Below, one piece after another: positions 1 through 13,619 of a stretch of DNA of 64,000 bases; position 1 is the stretch's first letter, and every line of letters begins with the position of its first letter. The notes beneath the pieces were generated by a model, which had not been told where the DNA came from, did not search any database, and was given only the letters and a program-made list of their open reading frames with translations. Where the stretch lies: NCBI GenBank assembly GCA_951406725.2, contig OX597828.1:12214001-12278000 (forward strand). Direction: 5' to 3'. The position numbers were made by a program, and so were the translations under genes. This DNA comes from Octopus vulgaris. Lineage: Eukaryota.

Positions 1-55
<55 letters not shown>

Positions 56-59
<4 letters not shown>

Positions 60-614
60 GCCCTGATGCAGTACCAGGCAGTGGCTCTCCTTGCTTCTGA
101 TCTTAACTGATTGGAAGTGTTATCATGTACATTGTTTTGTCTTGGTATAAAAGATGGGCTACAGTAAATATTCTGCTCAGTACCACAGATTTGCTTGTCA
201 GTTGTTTGACTTTAACCAGTTGAGCATGTCCCTTAGTGGCTGACGATTTGTGCATCTCTGATCAGGAGCAGAAGTAGTGGGGGAGCGTCATAGCCATGTG
301 TTGATAGGGATTATTTGGGGTTTGAATAATTCACCTCTGGAAACATGGGTGTTTCGCTCAACATCCTTAAACAACCCTTATTCAAGGACCTTTCGAGTGG
401 GATGGGTTACTCGACCTGAAGAAAATTCTAACTGAGCCCCACCTGCAAGGTCATGTGCTGTTTATTTTGATATGAGATCACCATGTCGCGCACATATGTT
501 TGTGATGCATGTGCCTAGTGTACCCTTATCAGACGGGTAGTCATGATGGGTATACTGGGCTTCGTATATTTTACCCCAGTGTCACTTTGATGGCATGCAC
601 TGCTCTCTCACTCA
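56..614. mobile_element. ~560-bp dispersed non-coding element between (AAT)n tracts, copy 1
   Basis: The same sequence recurs as the reverse complement at 30631-31163 and 32511-33070. Every copy has (AAT/ATT)n on both sides. Confidence 0.8.
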
Positions 615-1678
615 ATAATAATAATAATAATTATAATAATAATGCGTGATTTAATGCCTATTTTGCTGCTATATTTTGCACGTATGACAACCATCTCAAT
701 GACTGAAACACGTGCTTTCTCGTCAACACGTGCTTTCACACAGACAAAAAAAGTTCTCATGTTTAGCTTGTTACCCATGGCTTACGATTGGCTAAATTCA
801 CCCAAAATATTCAAACGTTATTTATTGATTTATCGCGAAAATGATTTTCATGGCATTCATTAGCACGTAAACGTATATCTTTACACTGAATATGAAATCA
901 ATTCGAACAGAAATTGAAGTGGTTGAAAATTGGCAGCCAATCAGAAAAGATCCGTCATCTATGGTGGTGACTCTGATTCGGACTGGAAACTATTTTTACG
1001 TGGTTGAGCAATGTCTTTGAAATTGAAACGTCTTAGCATAGTGAGTGTGATTGATTGTGTGGTCTGTATGCTTTTTTGGCTATGTCAGAATCGAAGGCAG
1101 GAAGCTGAAATCAATAGCAAAAACTAAAATCAATGTCTACACAAGAGACATATGAGCTATGAGTGAACTTTGGCATCTCAATAATATATTGTCGGTTTAT
1201 TATTTCTCACACACATGCAGGCACAAACGCATACACCTATACACAAACAAACAGAATACACTCACTCAAACGCTTATACATATACACACACGTGTGTGTG
1301 CATGTGTGTACATACATACATACATACATACATACATACATACATACATACATACATACATACATACATACATACGTACGTACGTACGTACATTCGTACG
1401 CGCACATCTCATAAGGTGGCGAAGTCAAAGAATGCCCAGTCAATTAGAATAAAGAGATCAAAGATAAGTTTGAGAGAGAATAATCGTTTAATCCATAACT
1501 GATAGACGGACAGAGTATAATTTGGTTCACCAATTGCTCTTTGGAACATCTGAAGTGTAAAAGATATGAAACAGTGGATCTCCATGATATGCGATGGTAA
1601 TGCTATGACACACCTCCTCGTTTTAACCTAACAAGAAAATTTATGTAAAAAGTTAAAATAAATGCAAGTAACTGCATT

Positions 1679-1714
<36 letters not shown>

Positions 1715-1858
1715 CAAGGTTAAAGTTTTTATTTTTCATTCCCTTCGAAAATTTCGCTTAAATGTGGTTTTGGTCGTTTTGACTGCTTCTTCTAGCGAGT
1801 AAAATTCCTGCTAAATGGTAGTTTCTTTTGTTTTTAAATGTACACTATTTTATATTGA

Positions 1859-1937
<79 letters not shown>

Positions 1938-2045
1938 AAATAAGAAAATGGAGAAATACATCCAAATCAATTATCAACTACCGGATAATACCTAATCACA
2001 TAATTTATTAAACCACTACATATGAACATTAATGTCAAACATAAA

Positions 2046-2318
2046 AATAGTATGAAACAACGGCTAAACTATCATAGATATACTTTTAAAAATAAAAATA
2101 GGATGAATTCTATGGAGTTAAGTACGTATATTTGGAAACTCAAGAGTAAGAACATAGATTTTAAATTAAATTGGGAAATACTAACTTCTGCACCTGTATA
2201 CAATAGTAGAAATAAAAAATGCTCTTTGTGTATCAATGAAATTTTCTTCATCATCAAAGCTGGCCTACCCATTATTAATAATATTAACGAGCGGAATAAT
2301 TTTGCCTTCATAAATTAG
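2046..2318 (+). pseudogene. C-terminal part of a Penelope-type GIY-YIG endonuclease (5'-truncated)
   Basis: MKQRLNYHRYTF...ELSTYIWKLK...WEIL...YNSRNKKCSLCINE matches the R-x3-H, ELS.YIW.LK and CxLC..E pattern of PLE endonucleases. Confidence 0.75.
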
Positions 2319-2773
2319 CGTATACTTTCTCTAGATTTAAATAGCACCTAGTTTTTCTACCAGTAATTTTTTAACATTCCTCTATGTAGGATAGTGCTAT
2401 TGGTCATTGTAATTTATAATTTATTATTTTGTATCTCCATATATATGTTCTATATTGATTATTATTATTTTTGTTCCGGCTTGAAACATATATTGAAATA
2501 TGCATGTATTTTGATATATACGTGATATTCTGATCTTCATGGTGTTTTCCACGGGTGTCGGGCGTATATGCGTATCATATCTTAGGGCGCTGGTTTGGGA
2601 TTTTGTTATACTACAAATATGTAACAAGTGTGGGTCTAAATTTAGTATACGTTGTTTATTTTGGATGAGCATATAAGCGTTTCCATGTATTTTTTCCATG
2701 TATTTGTTTGGCAGTCTCTTATATATTAAGTTACCTTTGTACTCATCTTAATTTGTATTTTATTTTATTTATG

Positions 2774-2838
<65 letters not shown>

Positions 2839-4340
2839 CTATTCATTTTTTTAAAATTTATTTATTTATTTATTTATTCATTTATTCTTATTTATTCTTA
2901 TTTATTTTATTTATTTTATTTTTTGAGTAATAGCACTTATTAATTTATAATTAATTTAATTTATAATTAATTTATAATTAATTTACTTATATCTTAATTA
3001 ATAGTAATTTCTGTTAACTTATTGTTTATGTATTTATACGTCCTTTGGTGGACAAACATGTATTTTTGTAATTTCGTAAATATATGTGGATATGTCGAAA
3101 TGCGTCCATATGTATATATATGTGTATGTGTATTTTTATATGTATATATATATATATTCATGGGTGGATATATGTGTATATGTTTTTCTTATAAGTATGA
3201 GTACGTAAATTCATATTTAAATATGTATATATGTATATGTGAATGTTTGCAGATGCAGTGAATGCGAGTGTATATATGTTTATGGACGTATGCGGGTGTG
3301 CGCGTGTGTGTGTGTGTATGTATATATGTTGATATAGTTTTCCCATGCCTGTGCTGGTTATTAGTGAAAGTTTGAATGGGGACACAGTCGAAATTGTGAC
3401 TATATGGAAGTTTCAGTAGCACGTTAAATTGTTTACGAAATATACGGTGTTACTTTAATTATGTATCTTATGATAATAACGTACATCGACTGGGTATAAA
3501 TGTCTGTGTGCTTGCATGTATGCATTTTTATGGATATATGTGAGAAATTTGTATGTAAGCATGTGTGTGTGTGGGCTGGTATCTCTTATGTTGTGGTTTG
3601 CCTGTGTATGTGTGTGTGGGCGCACGTTTGCAAGTGTGCGTGTGTGGGTGTTTCTTAACAAACCAAGCGTAACGAAGACAATTGAAATTTAAATTTATAT
3701 GTACAAGCCAATCATATCTTAGCGTTCTATTCTTAACTATTTCTGAACGTAATACTGTATTTGTGTCACAGTTGAAATTATAGACTACAATTACATGTAC
3801 ATTTATAGACCTGTGGAACTTAATATCATGTAAACCAAAATGCTTTTACTTTTCATTTTATATGTATATGCAGATATTTAATGCTTTGCATGGTACTGTA
3901 GTACTATTGTTGTTCTTGTTTTTGCTATTATGTTGCTAACAGTGTGATCCAAATATTGTTTTGCTAGTATTAGTGTTATTAATAATAATAATAATGATAT
4001 TAGTAGCAATAGTGGTAATGATAATAGTAATGATATTAATATTAATATTAATGACATTTTGTAAATTAATATAATTTAATGTACTCTCGACTTTGTATAT
4101 CCGCATTTGAGTATTAATATGTGTATGTTTGCTACATTGTAATATCATAATATTAAGTTGAAAAATTGTAACATTGAATATGAAACATATGTATGTATAT
4201 TGATTTATATTATTATGTATATGTATATATATATGTATAGGAGTATGAGTATATGCACTCATATGTATGTGTATATGATATATTATGGGTATGTACCCAC
4301 ACTTGTGTGGGTGTGTATTTAATTTAGTTTGTATTTCATA

Positions 4341-4462
4341 ATCTCCGAAGAGGCGTTGGGATATTTTGTGTCTCATTTATAACTACATATTAACCTATCA
4401 CACATAGCTAATATGAGCAAAATGAGACACCCATATCTGCATGGCCGAAACAGCTGTAAGAT
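4341..4462 (+). ncRNA. Type I hammerhead-like motif (variant core CCGAAGA, long stem II)
   Basis: ATCT-CCGAAGA-GGC...GCC-GAAAC-AGCT-GTA-AGAT. The internal pair GTGTCTCATTT/AAATGAGACAC extends stem II. Confidence 0.6.
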
Positions 4463-4843
4463 GTAGTTTATAGTTATATTTATTTTTATTTATATTCTCT
4501 TATACATATTGTACTTATTGTATCATATTACTCCTTCATGTACACTGTTTTGTTCTATATTATTATGTTTGACCTTAATGTTCATATGTTGTGGTTTAAT
4601 AAATTATGTGATTAGGTATTATCCGGTAGTTGATAATTGATTTGGATGTATTTCTCCATTTTCTTATTTTGTATTACTAATTTGTGGTAAAACATTTTAC
4701 CTTTGCCCATATAATACAGTAAATGAATTAATTGCATCGCAATTCTTAACATTTATGTATTAACTTTGTTGGGTACTTCACTAGCAGTATATTGGATATA
4801 TGTTATCCCATAGAGGGTTGCATTTACAACCACTATCTCAATT

Positions 4844-4878
<35 letters not shown>

Positions 4879-4954
4879 AATATGTAGTTTATTATAAATA
4901 TGTAAATTATATAAATCTTCTACAATGATTTGTTTTTATGCGGTCTTTACCTAT

Positions 4955-5103
4955 GTAGCACCTTAGGCAAGTGTCTTCTACTGGATTGATCAAAGCCTCG
5001 TCAGGGGATTTGGTAGAGGGAAACTGAAAGAAGCCCATCGAATAGCTATCTAGAGAGAAAGACAGATATATAGACAGACAAGCAGAGAGACAGACAGTCA
5101 GGC

Positions 5104-5173
<70 letters not shown>

Positions 5174-5400
5174 CTCTGTGTGTCTGTGCGTGGGTGTCAT
5201 TGTGTCCGTATTTGTCTGTGCTTGACTACCGTTGTTAGTGTGTTTGTGTCCCCGTAAATTAGCGGTTCGGCAAAAGATATCGAGAGAACACGTTCCAGAC
5301 TTAAGAAAAAGTACTGTGGTTAATTCATTCGACTAAATTCCAGAAGGTGGTACCCCAGCATGGCCGCTGTCTAATGATTGACAACAAGTAAAGAATAAAA
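4955..5400 (+). mobile_element. SINE family A, 5'-truncated, internal (GATA)n
   Basis: Body and tail match the copies at 7270 and 60989. Confidence 0.75.
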
Positions 5401-5543
5401 GATATATATATATTTTCTCCTTCTTGAAACACATTGAAGCAGAAAATAATTTTTTTGTTCTTTATACACAGCTCAGTTTCCGAAAGAATCAACATGAAAA
5501 TTTGAACGTTTATTCCACTGACATAAACATGAGTTGCAGGCTG

Positions 5544-5989
5544 GGATCTTTTCGGTTTGAACGGTAGTTTTTAAACATAATTTCCACGTAACTAAACACT
5601 TTTAAACTTCGTATACTGGTAGAATGTGTTTATAAAAGATCTTTTTGTCTTGGCTTTATTGAGAAAATTCTATCGTTTGCATGATATTTATTGTTTTTTT
5701 TTCTTCAATTTCTGCAATTTCAACCAATTAATGACCGTCTACTGAGGTGAAAACATTCTGTGCCGTATGAAAATATCCCTCGTTTAAGAAACAGATTGGG
5801 TTTATTTACATTTCTGAAGAAAAAAAGATACCCTTCCCCCACCCCTAACCCTAAACCTAACTAACCCTAACTCTAACCCAAACCCTGAAATAGATTGAAA
5901 TGCAATAGATCGATCCTAGGGTCATAATTATGGGTGACAATTTCATATGATACCGCTAGAAAAAACTGCCGTTCAAACCGAAAAGATCC
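5544..5989. mobile_element. MITE with GGATCTTTTCGGTTTGAACGG TIRs, 8-bp TSD and internal (CCCTAA)n, copy 1
   Basis: TIRs at both ends; flanks GCAGGCTG/GTAGGCTG. Confidence 0.9.
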
Positions 5990-6717
5990 GTAGGCTGAGT
6001 TTTAAGGTTACTAAAGGGGGATTGCTTTTTTTTTTTTTTTTAATTATTTTTCTGACCCTCAATTTTTAACCCATACTCCGGGTGTAATTAAGGGAAATAA
6101 CAGTGTAATATATTCATAATAGAGTTACGTCCCTGTGAAACCGTAACTAGACTTCAGCCCGTGTTAAGTTTATCAAAATTAGGCCACAGAAACTGAAGTC
6201 AACGTTGCCTGACACAACACAGATGCCAAGTACGCAAGGGGAATAAGGAAGCTGAGTTGACAACTAAACAACACAAAGTTGGATACATAACTACAGACTC
6301 GAACTTCTGCACATAGAAGAACTACTTGAGGTATTTTTAAAAATAAGAACATATAAGAAATAAGAACTAGTGAAATGTCAGAGTAAACAACCAAAACTTG
6401 CTCAATAGATACGAGTTGATATTTTTGTTTTTTATCCAGAAAAGTAAATAACTAAGTTCTAGGAATATAGAAGTGGATGCTATTCGTAACACCACTTACA
6501 CCAGAATTTAAAATTCCCAGCTTGGAATAAGTAATAAGCAACGTTTAATAATAGTAATGAGTAATAATCGTTAAGCATATGTAGAAATGTAGACAAACCG
6601 GCCTGGATTTTTTTTTGTTACGATCTACCACGTTCCGAGTTCAAACGATGTTAGGATCAACTTGTTTTCGTTTTTCTTTTTCTTATGTTGTTATAGTATG
6701 TATTCCTTCAGTTTTAT

Positions 6718-7134
6718 GGATCTTTTCGGTTTGAACGGCAGTTTTTTCTAGCGGTGTTATATGAAATTGTCACCCATAATCATGACCCTAGTATCGATCT
6801 ATTGCATTTCAATCTGTTTTAGGGTTAGGGTTAGCGGTGGGGGAAGGGTAACTTTTTTCTTCACAAATGTAAATAAACCCAATCTGTTTCTTAAACGAGG
6901 GACATATTCATACGGCACAGAATATTTTTTACCTCAATAGACGGTCATTGATTGGTTGAAATTGCAGAAATTGAAGAAAAAATACAACAAATATCTTACA
7001 AACTCTAGAATTTTCTCAATAAAGCCAAGAGAAAAAGATGTTTTATAAACACATTCTACCAGTATAGGAAGTTTAAAAGTGTTTAGTTACGTGGAAATTA
7101 TTTTTAAAAACTGCCGTTCAAACCGAAAAGATCC
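6718..7134. mobile_element. Same MITE, copy 2 (opposite orientation)
   Basis: TIRs; internal TTAGGG repeats; degenerate TSD AGTTTTAT/TGTTTGAT. Confidence 0.9.
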
Positions 7135-7269
7135 TGTTTGATAACAAGACATGTTTGATAACAACACTGAGAATTATAATATGTCCGAACTTCTAAAGTC
7201 TTGCATAATTTTACCTTTCTACTCAATGACCCTATCTGTGTATGAATCAGTAAAATGCCTGTATGTATA

Positions 7270-7468
7270 GGCACAGGTGTGAGTGTGTGGTAAGAAGCTT
7301 GCTTCCCAGTCACATGGTCGACGGTTCAGTCCCACTGCATGGCACCTTGGGCAAGTGTCTTCTACTATAGCCACGGGGCGACCAAATCCTCATGAGAGGA
7401 TTTGGTAGAAAGAAACTGAAAGAAGCCCGTCGTTTATACGTGTGAGTGTGTTTGTGTGTGTGTTTATG

Positions 7469-7503
<35 letters not shown>

Positions 7504-7730
7504 GTGAGTGTGTGTGTTTACGTGTGTGTGTCTGTGCTTGTTCTCCACTACCGCTTGACAACCAGCGTTAGTGTGTTTGCATCCCTGTGACCTAGCGGTT
7601 CGGCATAGGAGACCGAAAAACCAGGCTCTAAACATAAGTACCGGGGTCGATTCACTCGACTAAAAATTCTTAGCGATGCTCCCGCATGGCCGCAGTCTAG
7701 TGATTGAAACCAATAAAAGATTAAAAGATA
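7270..7730 (+). mobile_element. SINE family A, full length (tRNA-like head, central (GT)n)
   Basis: A-box-like TGTGTGGTAAG, B-box-like GGTTCAGTCC, and tail CAGCATGGCCGCAGTC...GAAAC shared with many copies in the window. Confidence 0.85.
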
Positions 7731-8160
7731 AAAGATGTATGTATGTATATATGTGTGTGTGTATGTATGTATATGTATGTGTGTATGTGTTTATATGTAT
7801 GTGTGTGTATGGGTGTGTGGTATATGTATACATACGCACACACACATGTAATGAAACACTCCAACGTTGTTGCTTAATTAGGAAATTTATGCGTACGTGT
7901 GGCTGTGTGGTAAGTAGCTTGCTTACCTCTGTCGTGGATAGACGTTTTTTTTTGTTTTTTTTAGGCAGTGAGTCAAACGTTTTGTTGAAGGTTGGATAAT
8001 TTTTCTGTTGGAATTGTTGTTTATTGTTGAATATTTTCGAACTGCTGAACATTGTCCAACTTTTAAACTTTGAGAACTTTTGTGCTTTTTCCCGGTGACG
8101 GGAAAAAGTAATTGTTGAAATATTGAAATTATTAATATTATCAATATTGAACTTATTAAA

Positions 8161-8592
8161 GCCGTTGTAGGCTTTATTCACGTGCTCCCCACTCCAGCGG
8201 GGGTGGCATTTGATCTGCTATCCTCATTAAGAGGAAAAAATATTATAGGTTTCCCGTTTTGGGGGATAATCAATTTATTATTGTGTGAAAAATTAAATTT
8301 TAGTCGTTGTAGGCTCTATTGTGGCACCCAACCCTAGCGTGGGTGAGATTTGAACTGTTGTCCTCGTTGTGAAGAAAAAAATATTATAGGTTTCCCGTTT
8401 TGGGGGAATCTGTATTTTTATTATTGTGTGGAAAAAAAATTAATTTCGAACGTTGTAGGATTTGTTGTTACATCTCGCCTACCAGCGAGGGTGGGATTTG
8501 AACTGTTGTCCTCGTTGAGAGAAAAAAAAGTAAAATATTATAGGTTTCCCATTTTTTGGGATTAAATTGTGTATACATTTATTTCGAACGAA
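8161..8592 (+). repeat. Three ~143-bp tandem monomers in the LINE 5' UTR
   Basis: CGTTGTAGG...ATTTGAACTG...AATATTATAGGTTTCCC recurs at ~8163, ~8305 and ~8451. Confidence 0.8.
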
Positions 8593-8593
8593 T

Positions 8594-9370
8594 ATGTCGG
8601 TCGAAATAATTCAAGAAACACACCAGCTGCAGGAGCCAGCAAAAAGTTCGCGGCAGTAGCCGTTGAATCGTGTAGAAATGTAGTAATACAAACGGAGAAG
8701 CTCTCCGAACTTTTTGAGAAAATGAAAGAGGAGGGTGAGGTTATAAAGATCTCGCCCTCCCCTAGTGTTGAAAATATGAAGAGAAGGATGAACGTACTGT
8801 CCTTCATCGAAAATATTCAAGCACTTCGAAAAGGCCATGCACACACCGGTTTCAACAGAAACGAATGCACCCATCCCCTCTGAAGTAACAACTCCTCTGG
8901 AAGACACCATGGAGGTGACCGAGAGGGAGTTCAAGACACCCAGGAAAAAGAGAACGCTTGCACCTTCCCCATCCATATCCCCCACAAAAAAAGAAGAAAA
9001 CCAACACACCACAGAAAAAATAAAAGTTCCCTCTCCACTGTCTCAGAAGAGAAAATAAAAAAGAAAAAAGACGGAACAAAAACCCTGGTAAAATTTGATA
9101 CTGGGGATAAATATATCATAGACACATTAAAGAACCATCACATCGTGGAACTATTGCAGCAGCCAGAAGGCACGGAAGAGAGATGAGCCTGGATACCAGA
9201 AAAAACTATATAATGAAATGAAGGGTAGGCATCCGAGGACCACCACGAACATCTCGGACCTTCCGCGGTATTTGAAGGAGTTTTTGAAGGAGCAGGAGGA
9301 AAGGACTGCCTCACGTGTGGTGAGGTCAGCCCTAGCATCACCAATAAAAGAAAAAGTCAAAGAGTAAGTA
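8594..9370 (+). pseudogene. LINE ORF1 remnant (frameshifted)
   Basis: Broken, Lys/Glu/Pro-rich frames between the 5' UTR and ORF2; a CLTCG knuckle-like motif near 9307. Confidence 0.5.
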
Positions 9371-9396
9371 GAACCCTTGCTTTTCTTTTGTTTAAA

Positions 9397-12300
9397 ATGA
9401 CTGCATTTAACCTTGGGTGTTTGAATGTGCGTGGTCTGAGCTCGAAGTGGAAGCAAGCTTGTTTCCTTGACGACCTCAGATCACACAATATGCATGTATT
9501 GGTTGCTTGCTACAGAGACCAAGCTGGACAGTCTACAAGCCTTCTCGCCTCTCCTGAATGACTATGCGACAATCCTGTCACCAAGCCGGACCGGAGGGCG
9601 AGTGGGTGTAGCAGTAATGGTTCGAAAAGGCTTGGCTCTGCAGACAAGTACAGTCTATGTAGACCCAGAAGGTGGGCTGGTCGTCCTTGATGTGACATAC
9701 AGCATTAAGGCCTTCAGGTCGATCGGGATCTATGCACCTTGTGCTAGAGGATTTCAAACTGATTTTTATCGACGCCCAGAGAACTCTTTCGTGCCGTCGA
9801 AGACATTAGTGGTGTTAGGTGACTATAACGCTACCGTTGACGCACGCATCGATAGCGTTGGCTCGATCTATAGGAAAGTAAACTCACGTCTCGTAGATCT
9901 GCTCAAGCGTTTTAACCTGGCAGATCGTTACAGACTTGACCATCCGAACGTCTCAGAGTGGACTTGGATGAGTGGCGACGGAAGGTTCAAGTCCTATTTA
10001 GATAGGATAGTGATAAGAACTGGAGATAAGTCTAGTTTTAGCTGTCCACAGCTTGTCCAAGTAGCTTCCATTTACCATAGAATGGCTAAGTGTAGACTGG
10101 ACATAGATAGTACAGTAAAAATAGAATCCAGCTACTTGAAGCTGAACAAGTCTATTTTGACTTGCGAGGCACGCAGTAGCCGGATTAAGGAATTAGTACA
10201 GAGGGCGCTAACCAGCGCGGTGGTTAATAACCGATGGTGGTTCGCCCTCAAGAGATCTATTCGTTTTGAGTCTATTAGGTTTAGATGTCAGCTAAGACTA
10301 GATAAGGCCAGAATAGAAGGGCAACTAGTTAAGGACCTACAGGAGGTGTTGAGGTTGGGCTCTGCATCTCACATTTTGGCAGCGAGAATGGCCTTGGACT
10401 GTCACCTCAAAGCTAAACATGAGAGGTGCAGAGTTCGGGCTAAAGTGCACGCAGAGGACCGTGAGGGAATTAATGTTGCCGGATGGGCCCGTACGGTAGA
10501 AACCCAGCGTGGCAATGATGCCACAATTAGGTCTCTCGTGGATGAAATGGGTGTTCGGTCGAAAGACGGGACGAGATGTGTGAGGCGATTCACAAGCACT
10601 TTTCCGAGTTATTTGGGAATGGCGGGGCACTGGATCATGGCGAGGCTCTTAGGGACTTCCTGTCTGGTGGCCCGCGCCTCTCGGCACGAGAGGCTAAGTG
10701 CTGTGAAGCGCCAATCACGGCCGAGAATGTGAATAAAGTACTGGGCGAATGTCCCAGGGAGAAGTCGCCGGGTCTCGATGTGCCTTACGAATTTTTGTAT
10801 GCCAGACTTGTTCGGGGACCTGCTGGACAGCATCTACACCAATTGGCAGCAGAATGGGAGAATTCCCAAGTCTGCGAGCCGAGGGGTGGTGACGTCGATC
10901 AGGAAGAATCTGAAGGACGAAATAGGGAACTTCAGGCTCATAACTCTGCTGAACACAGAGTTAAAGATTTTGGCCAAGGTGCTAGCGAAAAGGTTGGCGC
11001 GGGTCGTCGACAAACTTGTCGGGGAAGCGCAAACGTGCGCTATCCCGGGCAGGACGATCTACGACAATCTCCACCTTATACGCTACTGCATAGAGAGGGT
11101 GGGGAAGCTTTCTGTCGCGGGGGGGGGACACCGGTACATGTAGACCAATCTAAGGCATTCGATAGGGTCGACCATCGGTACTTGGCGGCGGTCTTCGAGA
11201 AGGCTGGCCTGGGACCGACCTTCCGCGGTTGGATTGCTGCGTTGTACAGCGACATCGAATCCGTCGTAAAAGTCAATGGTTTCATTTCGAAGCCATTCAG
11301 GATCGAGCGCTCTGTGCGTCAGGGGTATCCTCTGTCCCCGCTTTTGTATGTACTGGCTCTCGAGCCATTACTGCGGAAGTTGGAGACACTAGGGGGCGCA
11401 CATATGATCTATGGTGTGGAAGGGAAGCTACAGCTGTCAGTGGTGGAAGATGCTATCAAAATCTACGAGCGGTGGCAGGAGCAAAGATTAACAAGGACAA
11501 GTCAGTTGGTTTGCAGCTCGGCACCTGGAGGGGCAAGCCGATGCCGTCCAATAACGGAAGGTACTGTTAAGCTGCTTCGGGCCAGGCCTCCAGATAGAGA
11601 CAAACTGGAATCGGGTGGCCAGCAAGGTGACTGCTCTAACCCAGACCTGGTCTGGGCGGGCGTTATACTTGCTAGGAAAGGCGGGGGTGGTGCAGCTGTC
11701 CATAGCATCGGTTATACCTACCGTCCGACCGTGGTGCCTTGCCCCGACTTGTGGCTGAACAAGTTGGAGAGAATCCTTTTCCGCTTTTTGTGGAAGGAAG
11801 GAAAGCCACTCGTGAAGCGCTCTGTCTGCTGCCAGAAACCGCTAAAGGGTGGGCTTGGGATGCCTTGGCTGAGGATACGAAAGTTCGCGTTAAGGTTGAG
11901 GCACCTCTGGCTTTACCTGGATGGAGAGCAGGTGTGGTCATCGCATGTTCGGTTCTACCTTCCGCAATTAACGTCCTTAACGGACATTGGTAATTGGATC
12001 AAGCAGAGACCTAGGCTGGGGGACTGGCAATTGGAATGCCGCCAGGCACTTCAGCTACTCTACCGGGCGGACCATGCCGGCAATAGGAGTTCCACTGCGG
12101 ATTTCTATAGTGGGTTAGTGGAGGTAAAGTCCGAAGACGCCTTGGGGGAGACCCTGGGCTACGATGAAAATCAGTTAATCGACCTGTTCCGGAGAACTAT
12201 CGGCCCGAGGTATCTGGACAATTACCGGAAATCCCTGAATTGGCAGTACTTCCGTGCGGCATTACCTGTTCGTGATAAACTGTCATGGCCGGAAGTGCCG

Positions 12301-12679
12301 TCTCGCCGACATGTCCGCGGTGCGGGCAGGACAGGGAAACCGTCTGGCACGCATTTGTGGAATATCTGGAATTAAGGAGACTGATAGTTTTCGCAGAGCA
12401 ACAGTTGCCATCGATGAGAAGAGTACAGCTATCAGCTGAATCTATCATCGATATTGTGCCACCTCTTTCCCTTAACAGGGATTGAAGGCTTGCTTTTTCT
12501 GCGTAGTAGCCATACTGAAAGAAACAGTATGGAAGACGCGTGTGAGAGGCATAGTGTCGGGTACCTTTCTATCCGGCCAGGGGTTGGTTAGCTTTTGTAG
12601 TTACCACCTCAGTAGTAAGATCAGGCTGGAGAAGATGGAGCCTGTGGCGAGGAAGCTGGGAGTGTTCAGCACCGGGTAA
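9397..12679 (+). pseudogene. LINE ORF2: AP endonuclease, reverse transcriptase and C-terminal Cys/His motif, with several frameshifts
   Basis: MTAFNLGCLNVRGL; LGDYNA; SYLDRI; FRLITLLNTELKILAK; DQSKAFDRV; VRQGYPLSPLLY; GGLGMP; CPRCGQDRETVWHAF, spread over shifting frames. Confidence 0.9.
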
Positions 12680-12949
12680 GTGGAAGCCAAAAACAGGAAA
12701 GAAAATGCAAAGGGTCTACCCTGGTGGTTGGATGCCTATCCTTCACAGAAGCCATTACAAATTTTATTTGTAATGAGCGACGCTTAAGTCGAAAATTATA
12801 AATATATTCATTAAATTATTGGGTATTTTAATTGTAAATATTTTTTAATTGTAAATATTTAATCGCTACAGCTACTTCACACTTTTATGTTTGTCTGTCC
12901 CTGTTTGTCCGCTCTTTGTATTGCCTTCATGGCAAATACATATGAAATA

Positions 12950-13102
12950 AAGTAGCTTGCTTACGAACCACATGGTTCTGGGTTCAGTCCCACTGCGTGG
13001 CACCTTGGGCGAGTGTCTTCTACTATAGCCTCCGGCCGACCAAAGTCTTGTGAGTGGATTTGGTAGAAGGAAACTGAAAGAAGCCCGTCGAATATATGTA
13101 TG

Positions 13103-13164
<62 letters not shown>

Positions 13165-13376
13165 TGTATGTATACGTTTGTGTGTCTGTGTTTGTCCCCC
13201 AACATCGCTTGACAACCGATGCTGGTGTGTTTACGTCCCTGTATCTTAGCGGTTCGGCAAAATAAGACTGATAGACTAAGTACTAGGCTTACAAAGAATA
13301 AGTCCTGAGGTCTATTTGCTCGACTAAAGGCGGTGCTCCAGCATGGCAGCAGTCAAATGAGTAAAAGAGTAAAAGT
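12950..13376 (+). mobile_element. Remainder of the SINE A interrupted by the LINE (its first bases are at ~7898-7926)
   Basis: Continues the SINE A sequence exactly where 7926 stops (compare the intact copy at 60989). Confidence 0.85.
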
Positions 13377-13619
13377 TTGAAAATATTCCTGCTACACTTC
13401 TATAATTGTTTTGTGTGCTCTCTCCGTGCGTTATTATAACTTTTCACTGATAATAAACAAAAGCGAGAAAACCGAATGAGCGTCGGAGTAAAATCTCCAT
13501 CTGGAATAAATAAATTAATAAATTCTACTAACTACATGTATACTCTCCCATATATAGATAAATCCACACATTCAACAGATTGATAAATCTATATCTATAT
13601 CTAGGGATTGCAGTTAGAA

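Larger units (their letters stand above)
1935..4845 (+). mobile_element. Penelope-like retroelement remnant with an inverted terminal segment, bounded by (TA)n
   Basis: 1935-2045 is the reverse complement of ~4563-4673. A GIY-YIG-type fragment follows the inversion, and a hammerhead lies at 4341-4462. Confidence 0.7.
7927..12949 (+). mobile_element. L1/Tx1-type non-LTR retrotransposon, near full length, decayed, inserted in a SINE A head
   Basis: 15-bp TSD AAGTAGCTTGCTTAC at 7912-7926 and 12950-12964. Contains a 5' UTR with tandem monomers, an ORF1 remnant and an APE-RT-Cys/His ORF2. Confidence 0.9.

Noticed and set aside
5835-5886. CCCTAA repeats as a telomere or fusion scar
   Set aside because: They are an internal part of a multicopy MITE.
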